From Octopus bimaculoides (taxonomy: Eukaryota), in NCBI RefSeq assembly GCF_001194135.2, contig NC_068989.1:81052897-81116896 (forward strand): DNA of 64,000 bases, given 5' to 3'. Below the pieces are notes generated by a model. It was not told the origin of the DNA and ran no database searches. It saw only the letters and a list, made by a program, of their open reading frames with translations. Positions 50,534 to 62,581 of the stretch are shown in pieces. Within the stretch, counting starts at the first letter, position 1. Every line of letters begins with the position of its first letter. Both the position numbers and the translations under genes were made by a program.

Positions 50534-52004
50534 CTATAATCAATGGAGTTCGATCTTTGACCATCTCATTTTTTGTTGTTTTTTTTTTATTACTTTGCTA
50601 GTGGAGGGCAAATTTTGGAGGAAATCTGGCTATTATTTCTCACATGGCATCTTGTCCAAGATGAAATACTAGACGACAAAATTCGACTCTGAAAACACAC
50701 ACCCACATTTTTTTATGGCTTATTCGAAAGAGAAAGATCAGTGCCTAAGATCTTTTTGTATGGCCTCTGAAAGCGATAAAAGGGAAACAGAAAATGAAAC
50801 CATAGCTTGTGGGGTTTCTGCCTATACTTGCAACAGTGGATACTATTAAAGAAATCCATGGACAAAATAACATGGTGTTGAATCTGGCAGTCCACCACAT
50901 AAAAAGAAATTGTATTCTCTTGTTGAGAATTGAAATAGGGCCACATTGGTGAAAGCTGGAAATTCTTCCACTAGACCCAGTTACACACATAGACTACATA
51001 TTTTTGCTCCCCTGTCATATTGAACTCTGAAGTTGACATGTATTTTAATTTAAGATTTTACAATCTCTTATATTTATCAATTAAAATGTATTAATAAACC
51101 AATATAAATGTTGAATCTAAAAAAAAAAATTAAATTGGAATGTGAACTCAAATCAAAATTTGTTAAAATAAATTAAAGTGTTTTTTTATCGATCGAAAGT
51201 TTAGTTTTCTTCATAGTGAATTTTAGTCTATTTTACTTTTTTTTAACAACACTATTAACAATATGCTGATTGAATATCAAATGGCATTGTTTGTAGGAGC
51301 TCAATTGGGATATAATTAACCTGAAGTCACTGAAAACATTAAGTTATGGGGATGTAAACACACCGATACCTGTTGTCAAGTGGTGGGGGACAAAGAAACA
51401 TACACATAAATATATGTGATGATGATGGATTCTCCCAAATGTTTGTACCACACATTAGCTCACTCTCTCCATCAAATCAACATTGTCTGAACAGGTGCAC
51501 TGTGTGTGTGGTGTCAGGTGTCAAAAGTGATCGCAGAGCAACGTGAGACAATGCACTACCTGGTCTAGGAATTGAAATCACGATCACGAGATCATGAGTG
51601 CAACACCTTAACCACTGGGCCATGCACCCTTGTATGTATGTATGTATGTATGTAATTATTCAGTTTATTTCAAGATTTGCCAATAAATAAAAAACTGGTT
51701 TCTAACCTAGATCCAAGGCTCTTTCATTGGAATTTCAACATCAACAACAGGGTGTTTTTATTTGTATATATGTATGTATGTATGACATGCTTCTTTCAGT
51801 TTCTGTTTACTGAATCCACCCACAAGTCTTTGATCAGCCCAAGGCTATAGTAGAAGGCACCGAACCCAGAACCATGTTGGGAAGCAAGCTTATTACCACG
51901 CAGCCACAAACTACATAAAGTTATTGTGAGCATATTTAATACAAGGCCATTGAAACAGTAGTATTTTTGAATTATATATTCAAATCTGGATCTGGCCAGT
52001 TTAA

Positions 52005-52100
52005 CCTTTTAGCATTCAGATTGCCCTATCACCTAGTCACTTTGAACATAAAACAGAGAGAATATTTAGGCTTGATATTGCTGGTTTAAATGCTAAAGGG
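52005..52100. mobile_element. 96-bp piggyBac-type MITE
   Basis: TTAA|CCTTTTAGCATT...AATGCTAAAGGG|TTAA: 12-bp TIR with one mismatch, TTAA at 52001-52004 and 52101-52104. Confidence 0.75.
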
Positions 52101-53924
52101 TTAAAAAAGTGTTAGAATTTTGTTATACATAAGTATGATTGATAAAACATGTTTCCTGTAGATTTTCTACATTTCTAACTTTAAAACATAGCTTTTTTTA
52201 AAATTTCATTTTTAAAAAGGTACTATTGTTTCTGCTGACATGAAGGGGATTATATCACCAAATGAAGGGCAGATTGCATGGTGTATGTGATTGAGCTGCA
52301 ATGTTGCATGATAGTGAGACATGAGTACTAAATGCAGATGTGCAGAGGTTGGAAAGAATCGAGGCAAAAATGATCTTCTGGGTACGTAATGTTACAGTTA
52401 CCATCATGCAAGAAATGTCCATCATTTCCAATCTTCTGTATAAACATATCTGGTGATGGAGAAATGTTACCTTATTTGGAAGCTGATGATGGTTGGCAAC
52501 AGGAATGATATCCTGTCAAAAAAATTGACCTCAACATATTCTGTCCAACCCATGTGAACATGAAAATATTGATGTTAAAATGATGAAATGGAAAAAAAAA
52601 ATGTGAAGATGGTGCTGGTGGCAGTGGTGTTATTATTTTTTAATAATATCTTTCTGAATCTTTGCAGTTTAACTGAAGTATTTGAGGCATTCTTTAGTTG
52701 AACTTGTTTAGATGGTAACTTTATCTGAGATTGTGAGCAGAAACTAAAACAGCTTTATCATGGTAGAGCAGTGTTTTTTAATCTGGAAACATTGTAAGCT
52801 CACAAGGGAGTGCTGGGTATTTTGAAGTTCATGATTTTTCATAGAAATAAATTGTTTAAACTAGGTATAATGCTTATATCATGCAATATTTTCAAACAAA
52901 TTTTTGTTGGAAAGTAAATACAAATAGGACAGTTTTATGAGTGAGTAGAAACAAGCCTTATGAGTCATGAAATCCTAAATAACTTCCTTATATAAGTCAT
53001 TGCCTTCTTCAGTAATATCTATCAAAAATTTAGCATGGGGAGAACTAGTTCCCGCAAATATCTAAAATGTGTCACAGAATAAGAAAATGTGCACTGTGTA
53101 AACTTAGCTTATGTTTGATTAAATAAATGTGCGTTTGCCTTGCTTGCAAAACATGAGACAGGTGTTTATAAAATGACATTTAGTGAGAGGGAACAATGAG
53201 TTATAAAAGGTTGAAAACTACTGAACTGAATTTATTTTAGTTAGGAAAAATATGCACACGCACACACACACACACACGTATTTTTGTAACATTTTTTAAC
53301 AATGCTATATATTATTACCTCCCAAAGTCCTTTGTTGTTTTTGTGACAAGGCTATTGATTCTTCACTTCACTTTAACACATTAATCTTTTTTTTTTGTTA
53401 TAAATAGAGCATTCATCTTTTCAATGCAAAACAGGTTGTGTTGTGTATTTTTCTCGTAAGATAGCAAGTTGATATGTGGAAAAGTACTAAGTTTTCCACA
53501 GGCATGGCTGTGTCATTAAAAATATTGCTTCACAACTGCATAGATCTTTGTTCAATCTCACTGCATGGAACCTTTGGCTGACCAATACACTGTGAATGGA
53601 ATTTGGTGGACATATATTATAGAGAAGTTCATAGCATGGTTTTGTAGGACTCTATCATGCTTTCACCCAAAATATAACTGTATTATGTCTGTGATACACT
53701 AATTTATAGCAAGAGCATTTGCAGTCATACAAAATAGTTTATTTATACTTTAAAATTATTACTTTTCTTCATAGATAATCACAAATATGCTAATTGCATG
53801 AAGTAATTATAAACAAAGAACTATATTTGATGGTATAAAAGATGCATTTGGTAGACAGATATTGTGGAGAAGTTCATAGCGTGACTTTGTAGGATTGTAC
53901 CCCATATACAAATATATATATGAA

Positions 53925-54860
53925 CAGCCATGCTACATGGCAGTGAAACATGGGCTGTAACTGCTGAGGACATGCGTAAGCTCGCAAGGAATGAAGCCAG
54001 TATGCTCCGTTGGATGTGTAATGTCAATGTGAATACCCGTCAGAGTGTAAGTATCTTGAGAGAAAAGCTGAACATTAGAAGCATCAGTTGTGGTGTGCAA
54101 GAGAGACGATTGCGCTGGTATGGACATGTGGTGAGAATAGATGAGGATAGCTGCGTGAAAAAGTGCCACACCCTAACAGTTGAGGGAACCCGTGGAAGAG
54201 GTAGGCCCAGGAAGACCTGGGCTNNNNNNNNNNNNNNNNNNNNNNNNNNNNNNNNNNNNNNNNNNNNNNNNNNNNNNNNNNNNNNNNNNNNNNNNNNNNN
54301 NNNNNNNNNNNNNNNNNNNNNNNNNNNNNNNNNNNNNNNNNNNNNNNNNNNNNNNNNNNNNNNNNNNNNNNNNNNNNNNNNNNNNNNNNNNNNNNNNNNN
54401 NNNNNNNNNNNNNNNNNNNNNNNNNNNNNNNNNNNNNNNNNNNNNNNNNNNNNNNNNNNNNNNNNNNNNNNNNNNNNNNNNNNNNNNNNNNNNNNNNNNN
54501 NNNNNNNNNNNNNNNNNNNNNNNNNNNNNNNNNNNNNNNNNNNNNNNNNNNNNNNNNNNNNNNNNNNNNNNNNNNAGATCGTTGCCAGTGCCCCTGGACT
54601 AGCTTGTGTGGGTGGCACATAAAAGACACCATTTCGAGCGTGGCCATTGCCAGTATCGCCTGACTGGCCTTCGTGCAGGTGACACGTAAAAGCACCTACT
54701 ACACTCTCTGAGTGGTTGGCGTTAGGAAGGGCATCCAGCTGTAGAAACTCTGCCAAATTTAGATTGGAGCCTGGTGTTGCCATCCGGTTTCACCAGTCCT
54801 CAGTCAAATCGTCCAACCCATGCTAGCATGGAAAGCGGACGTTAAACGATGATGATGATG
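53925..54860 (+). mobile_element. 5'-truncated RTE LINE (ORF C-terminus, gap, 3' UTR)
   Basis: MLHGSETWAVTAEDMRKLARNEASMLRWMCNVNV..QERRLRWYGHVVRIDEDSCVKKCHTLTVEGTRGRGRPRKTW, open up to the gap (54224-54575), then the same 3' UTR as 32930-33614 and (GAT)n. Confidence 0.93.
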
Positions 54861-55763
54861 ATATATATATATATATATATATATAGATATATAGATAGAT
54901 ATACACATGTCTATATACATACAAATATATATAGTACAGGTGTGGATATGTGATTGAAAAGCTTTCTTTCCAACCATATGGTCTTGGGTTCAAGTCCCAC
55001 TGTCACACCTTTAGAATGAATTTGATAGACAGAAACTGTAAGAAGTCTAAAAAACATGAAAAGAGGATAAATGTATATAAGTGCCAGAAAGAAAAGAGAG
55101 ACTCAACCGGTAGAAGGTTTAAGAGAAGGTTTTATTGATAAGTCAACATATATGTCTGTGTGTGTGAGTGCGACATATATACACAATAATAGACAGGCTG
55201 TCATGTATGTTAAGTGTGTAGGTACTAACATAGATGTATGTGCGTGCGAGAAATACAGAGCATAGAAAAGAGTCTATAAGGACATTAGAAGAAAGTTCAG
55301 ACACAAGGATGGTAAATACCAGTTTGTATTCAAGGTACAGTGAGGCTTTGTCTTTGACAGTCAAAATGATTTTGCCACTTTTGGTATTAATTAATTTAAT
55401 GCTATTGATTTCTTGCACGAGCACAAACTCACATATTGGTCGAAAGGGTTACAGTTAATTAAATATCATTACCACCACTTGTCAACATTATGTTGTCACC
55501 CTGGGGAGGTGAAATGCAAACAGATAGAATATGAACTGTGAATGTGGAGAGAAATGTTACTAACTAATATGAGGTACTTAGTCCCATGGTCTATTTTTTT
55601 CTGTTTCCCTCTAATTATAATCAGAGGGAATAATTATTAATCATTAAATCTATTTAAGAAAGAATGAGGTCAACTTGAATGAGTGATCTAATTGTTTTGA
55701 TGACCTAGACTTTACAGCTAATGAGCACAAATTTTGGTACATAAGGACTATAACTGATATTAA

Positions 55764-56039
55764 CCCATTACCTACCAGTGATCTCATATGAGATCATTTA
55801 AAAATTATAAATTTCGTAATTATCCGTCAATATTTACACATATCTAACCTTTTTGCTATAACTACTAGGTATATTTCTCTGATATTCAAATGAGGTTTGC
55901 TAATTTTTCACCCAATATCTCGCTTACTTCTATTTAAAATGTTATTTTGATCATTCCAGTGAATTTCTAAGGTTGTTTTATGCTAGAAATCAAAGTTTCA
56001 TAAAAAAATTCCAGTTAATAGAATTATGTAGGTAATGGG
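55764..56039. mobile_element. 276-bp piggyBac-type MITE
   Basis: TTAA|CCCATTACCTAC...GTAGGTAATGGG|TTAA: perfect 12-bp TIR with CCC/GGG ends, TTAA at 55760-55763 and 56040-56043. Confidence 0.82.
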
Positions 56040-56204
56040 TTAAATATCTTGACACAATGTAACTTAGCACTAAACCAAATTTTTGTAGGGGTGGAGGTCT
56101 TTATTGTTGATGAAATGATTCAGTGCATTATTTGAACTGATTTTATTGATTTCAGAGAGAAATAAAACTGATGGTGAGTTTATTAAGGCAGAGAAACTTT
56201 TATG

Positions 56205-56450
56205 ATAATGGTTTCAAATGGTTTAAATTTTGGTACAAAATGTGCAATTTTAGGGGCAGGAGATAGCCAATTATATCGACTCCCCCTCACCCCAATGCTC
56301 AACGGGTTCTTATTTGATTGACCCCAAAAGGGTGACAGACAAAGTTGACCTTGGTGAAATTTTAACCCAGAATGTAATGCATCGGAAGAAATACTGCAAA
56401 GAACTCTTTTCTCGATGCTCTAAGAATTCTGCCAGCTTGTCACCTTTTAT
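56205..56450 (-). mobile_element. SINE family A copy
   Basis: Reverse complement of the family A core. Confidence 0.7.
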
Positions 56451-58890
56451 AACAATGCTGGTCCATCACAGGATTACTCATTTTTGCCAGCTGAGTGGAG
56501 TGGAGCAACATGAAATGAAGTATTTTGTTCAAGAACACAATGTGTTACCCAGTCCAGGAATTGAAACCATCATCTTACGATCATGAGTCCAACACTCTAA
56601 CCCCAAAGCCACATGCCTCCACAACAAAGGCAAGGCTTCAGAGGGTGAGGAATTCAGAACATAGGAAAATAAAAATACATTCAATAAAGATCTGAACAAC
56701 CTTAAAAAAATTTAAAGGAATTGCAATGACAGGAAAAGCAACAGAGGATACCACACTAAACCAAATTGATGTACTAAATATTATTTTCAAATATAAAGTG
56801 TGGAAAAATATATTTTGTACTTTGTTTTAGTAGATTTGTATGTTTAGGACATGTTGGGCTCACTAATTTTTAGTAAAGAGGCACTAAAAATTAGTGATAA
56901 CATGAAATTAAGTTTTGCTTGCCAGCATACAGAGATATGGTGTAACAGTGTCCTAAGTGAACAGAAGAAAAGTTTGAGCTACTCGTTTTTGGGTTACAAA
57001 TCCAGGAAAATGTGTATGTAGCATATTAAACATGTAACACTTACTGTTACTGTATATTGTAAAATGTGAGCAGGATAAATGTTCGAGCAGTCCATAAATA
57101 GTTATTTAGTTCAAGAGTGCTTCTCCATTAGATGTTGTCCACGTGGTGGAGTTGAGTTCCAACAGCAATATGCTACTATGTTTGACTCCCTTGGAGGCTT
57201 GGCTAGAACTGATTAAAATTTTCCCGTGACTTTGTGATAGCTGGTAGTGTGTATCTATGCATGAGGTGTAACGGTTGGCTGTACTAACCAATTCATGTAT
57301 GGATGGATAATAGTTACACCAAAGGGAAATAGTGCTCCTACATGACCCCCTGCTTAGACCAAAAGGGCTATCAACATAATGGAGCAAATATCAAAAGAAA
57401 ATGACATATATATATATATACACACACACATATATATGATGAGCTTCTTTCAGTTTCTGTCTACCATATCCACTCACAAGGCTGGCCCAGGGCTATACTA
57501 GGAGACACTTGCCCAAGGAGGCACGCCCTCTCCTCTGACCACACAGCAACAACACAAAATAATATTTTAATTTTTTTAATACAATTTCTTATGATATCTA
57601 ATGATAAAAATATGAGATTTTTTTAAGCATCAGATGGATAGGAGAGTCCATCTGAGAAAAATAGGAATCAATGGGATCCATAGGTTAAAAAACGGTTGAA
57701 TACTACAGTTCTAGACTGTGGCATAGCTTGAGTGTGCACTACCTTGAGTTGTCTTTCAGTCTCTTAATAGTCCTCATCCCCATCTACTATACAGCCTTAT
57801 ATAGCAGACCCCAAATTGTCACTCCCATAAAAAAATCACACAGGGCAATAGAAATGTTGACAATCAAAATCACTTATTGACAAGTTCAGTCTCTTTCTTG
57901 ACATATTTATTGAAATTGTTTATTGACAACTCCAAAACCAATAAGTATGGATAAAATAAATTCTGATAAGATACTGCAGTTTATTCAGTCTTCTATAGAA
58001 GAAGAAAAAAACAAAAACAAAAAAAAAAAAACAATGGCTTTGTGCTGATTCAAAAGCAATCAATTTATATTTAGATACAAAGTTTTAGTGTTCAAAAGCA
58101 CTGTTGGCAATCATTAGGAGAAAAACCAATAAAGAGGAATTATTTTCTTTCATATTCGAGTTTGTAATTTGGGAAAGATAATTGTTTCTGGATAACAATG
58201 TAAATAGCTCAACATACTTTGCAATGAACTCTTATAGATTGATTGATTAGCAAAAATTAATTCATTTATTTTATCAGAAATATGTAAAGAATTGTTTCTT
58301 GCTACGGTCACTGCCTGTGAATGACTTTCAGATGATAGCAAATGATTATGTGAGAGTTATTTATAACTTGCAAGTTCCCTATATCTGTTCTATTTCTTAT
58401 CCTTTTTTCTTTTTCACTTCAAACAGTATTTCATTGAAATGTTCATCATTTTGTTTATATCTAGATTTTTACATATAGGTGCGAGATTGGCAGAGTTATG
58501 CAAGCATTGATAAGAATGCCTTGAGGTATTTGTTTGAGGTTCTTTTTTAGCTCAAATTCTGCTGAGGTCAACTCTGACTCTCAACAGTGAGCAATAAACA
58601 AAGTAACAATCAAGTATTGGGGTAGATTCTTCTTTCATTCTTACCACTCTTTCAGAATTATCTGTACTTGATAAGGTGGTGTCTTGTTTAAAAAAAAAAG
58701 CCAAAGAAAGACTGGATCATAATAAGATGATTGGGAATAGTTGTTTGAACTCTGGTGATTTGGTATGGCTGACTGAACATTGCAAATGTTTTTGTGATGG
58801 TTTTTTTTCTTTTTGGCAACAGTATTTTTGGGCCCAGGAGGCAAGTGGTCACATGCACACACACAAGTGCATGAATAAATACATACATAC

Positions 58891-58929
<39 letters not shown>

Positions 58930-60961
58930 TAAACAGACAGAAAGAGCAAGAGAGAGAGAGGACCATTAAAATGTATTAAATGACCTCAATTGCTACAACC
59001 CCCCCCCCCGCTTCACATGAACATACAATACACACGTAAACAAATAGAATAAGGCCTCAGAGACAGATGTTCTTGTAGCAACATGGTTTTTTTAATACAC
59101 CTTAATGCTTTTCTTTCTCTTTCTCTATCTGTCTGTCTGTCTACCTGCCTACCTCTATCTATCTATCTATCTATCTATCTTATCTATTTATCTCCAATTT
59201 TGCTGCTCATAACAACAAAATTTTAATTCAGTGTTAGTTCTGCTCTGTCAAAGATGTATAGAAATCTGTTGTAAGAAAAGTTTTCTTTTTCATGTTTCAT
59301 TAATATTTCACTAGCCGTCATATACATAAAGTGAAGCATGGAGTTATGATTACAAGTCTGTAGTCAACTAGAATAAAAACAAGATTTTCAGGGTGCCAAA
59401 ACATGCCACTGACAAATATACCAAATAAATGAGAGATACCAGACAGGCAGGACCAAAACGGTAGTATCAAAAACACCTTGTACTCAAGATGGATGGCAAT
59501 GGGAATCGATCAAGAACTTTATAACTAAGAAAGAGTAAAGTCATATTGTTTATGGCATATTATACAACTAAACAGAGCAAGTGCTGACCAATGATAAATG
59601 ATGAACAATGCTAGTGGAACAAGATGTCCATTCATTATGGCAGCAATGAAGGACCGTTGTTACATTGCATTCAACAATGGTTAGACAACACAACAATGGC
59701 TGCCTAATTCAGAATACCTGCTAGACAAGAATTATTTTTTGATTGTTGTAGTCTAGTGTCAAGTCAGTTGTGATTAAACAAATCTTCCTGCCTTTTTGTA
59801 TATCTAACACTTATAATGCTGCTTGTCCAGCAAAATTTCTTTGACAAACACCGAAAGCTTATTAAAGAAGTCACCAATTTGTCATTTACCAGCCTGGTGA
59901 GGCAAGGAGAAGGAGATTATATACATCTTACTTTTATGGAACATTTTATCAAAGAAAAAGAAATATCTATTTTATGACAAAATCTTTTGTCATGGAAATG
60001 TCCTGGGAGGAAGTTGATTAAACTGATTCAAATGAATTAAAGGCAAAGTTTCTCTTTGTGGGTTTTGCACTCATTATGGGCCCTTGATTAAATACTGCAA
60101 AATATTTTGTCTAACCCTTAATTCTACCTTTTAATCCAACAGACATCTTCCCCTCCTCCTCCTCCTCCTCCACCACCACCATATATATATATATGACAGG
60201 CATTTTTCAGATTCCATCTACCAAATCCACTCACAAGGCTTTGGCCAGCCTGGGATTATAGCAGAAAACATGTCCAAGATGCCATACAGTGGGACTGAAT
60301 CTGAAACCAAGGGGCTGGAAACTGAGTTTCTGAACCATGCAGACATGCCTGTACTTGTGTCTGTGAATTTATGTTTAATAATAGTTCCATTCATCAGGGA
60401 TTTTTCAGTTTTATATTTTTATCTAGGTTACATTCCAGTATTTGGCTTGCCTAAGAAATGCTTAAGTCAAGAGCAAATAGACTATATTACAAACAAATGT
60501 ATTCAGGCAAGTTATTTAAACACAGCTAGAAAAGCTAAGTAACCTAAACAATCAAGCTGATTGAACCGCTATGCAGCAAATTGATCCGCAAGAAATAGTA
60601 GTCGATTCTTCCTCAAATTAAAAAAGAAATGAGAAACATCTGACTATGTAGTGCTAGATATACAAAAAGACAAGGTGGTTTGCTTAATCAAAGATAACTT
60701 GGGGGTTAAACAACACTCAAAAACAACTGCTGAGGCACAATTTGGTTGTGTGGTTAAGAAGTTTTCTTCCAAACCATATGGTCTCAGGTTCAATTCCTTT
60801 CTGTGGCACCATGAGAAAATGTCTTTTACTATTGCCAACCAAAGACTTGTGAGTGGATTTGGTAGATGGAAACTAGAAAAAGTCCATTGTACATACACAC
60901 AAACACACACATATATATATATCTGTGCATAATTATGTATATGTATGTATACCTATTTTCA

Positions 60962-61507
60962 GGCCCAACTACAAAATGTGAGCCTTGGCCAGAAGTGAAA
61001 ATACTAGGGTCTTGATTGCATATTGATTTTGCAGGCCCGGTAAATGGATATTATTACTTAATAGTAGTGGACAGCTACACAAAATGGCCTGAGGTCATGA
61101 GGTGCAAACAAACAACCTCATATACAGTGATAAACTTCTTACACAAGCTGTTTGCAAGATTTGGTGTACCGGATATAATTGTCTCTGATAACGGAACACA
61201 GCTTGTATCCTGTGAGTTTAAAAGATTCTGTGAGATGTTCACATTAGAACATAAAACTATAGCACCATATCACCCTAGATCGAATGGAAGGGCCAAAGAG
61301 GTCGTGGACACTTTTAAGAGAGCTTTAAAGAAAGCTAATAAGGAAACCATAGACAAGGTCATAATCCAACAATTCTTAAGGATATACAGGGTAACTCTGA
61401 GCCCAAATGTGCCAGAAGGAAGTTCATCAGCAGAATTAATGTTTGCCAGAAAGGTGAAGTCAGTATTTAACAAACTGTTACTAATGAAGAAAAAAAATAT
61501 GTGCTAG
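60962..61507 (+). pseudogene. Ty3/Gypsy LTR-retrotransposon integrase core fragment
   Basis: EPWPEVKILGS*LHIDFAGPVNGYYYLIVVDSYTKWPEV..FARFGVPDIIVSDNGTQ..APYHPRSNGRAKEVVDTFKRAL, the rve/DDE core; the D-x35-E position is Lys; no LTR, gag or RT seen. Confidence 0.92.
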
Positions 61508-61643
61508 TAAAAGACATGTTACTTTGCTTGGAAACAGGTGAGGGTTGGCAACAGGAATTGCATCCAATTATAGAAAATCTACATCAACAAATTCTATCTG
61601 AGTCGTGCAAACATAGAAAAGTGGATGTTATATGATGACATTA

Positions 61644-61692
<49 letters not shown>

Positions 61693-61779
61693 CTAAAAGA
61701 CAATTATTTAGGTATTCCAGGTTAAACAAGCTATTGTTGTGCTACTAAATTGTTGTAGATCTCAGTGAAACAAAGATCA

Positions 61780-62160
61780 TTCATTGTTGTCATTAGTCCA
61801 TCCATTGTTGGTCACAGTGACTAAGGACACATAGGAGAAGAAGACAGGGCATGGTGTGCCTGGCTGTGACCAATCAGTCTAATGCACGCTCGGAAGACTC
61901 CGCTGCAGGCTGGACACTGGTAGTCTGCTGGGACTGAATGGGAGGAATTGGCCCCAGATTTGCACAGTTCATATTTTCTTTGTGCTTCTGAAATCCTGTT
62001 CTGTTCATAGGTGACATTTCTGTTGGTGCAGCTTTGTCAAGTAGGATGGTCTTGTGCTTCCCAGGTGTTAGGTTTGAACTCAAAGCTACCTTATAGCAGC
62101 TTTGCTGCTATAACAAAGGAGAAAATAACCATCCTGTGCCGCTGGCATTGTCTGTCATCA
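61780..62160 (-). mobile_element. RTE-BovB-type LINE 3' end with C-terminal C2H2 finger
   Basis: Minus strand 61925-61854 reads DYQCPACSGVFRACIRLIGHSQAH (C-x2-C-x12-H-x3-H), as at the end of BovB-like RTE ORFs; followed by a short tail ending ..ACAACAA. Confidence 0.7.
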
Positions 62161-62192
62161 TTGTTGGTTGATGTTTGCTCTGTTGTGTTGAT

Positions 62193-62581
62193 TTGTTGTT
62201 GTTGGCACTCTGTCGTTTACGACATCGAGGGTTCCAGTTAATCCGATCAACGGAACAGCCTGCTCGTGAAATTAACGTGCAAGTGGCTGAGCACTCCACA
62301 GACACGTGTACCCTTAACGTAGTTCTCGGGGATATTCAGCGTGACACAGTGTGACAAGGCTGACCCTTTGAATTACAGGCACAACAGAAACAGGAAGTAA
62401 GAGTGAGAGAAAGTTGTGGTGAAAGAGTACAGCAGGGTTCGCCACCATCCTCTGCCGGAGCCTTGTGGAGCTTTAGGTGTTTTCGCTCAATAAACACTCA
62501 CAACGCCCGGTCTGGGAATTGAAACCGTCATCTTATGACTGCGAGTCCGCTGCCCTAACCACTGGGCCATTGCGCTTCCAC
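62193..62581 (-). mobile_element. Full-length tRNA-derived SINE family C
   Basis: Colinear with 26765-27153; perfect 9-bp TSD TGTGTTGAT (62184-62192 and 62582-62590); (AAC)n tail. Confidence 0.93.

Larger units (their letters stand above)
9995..54575. other. Eleven assembly gaps (span given is first to last gap)
   Basis: N-runs at about 9995-10329, 17300-17309, 17903-18083, 22336-22619, 23321-23546, 25855-25864, 29971-30361, 32123-32159, 36824-36941, 40331-40463 and 54224-54575; nearly all adjoin microsatellites or young repeats. Confidence 0.95.

Noticed and set aside
57079-57387. GC-richer unique stretch with short ORFs on both strands (MFEQSINSYL..., MLHYVDSPF...)
   Set aside because: No recognisable motif and no consistent splice-bounded open frame; may be an old repeat.
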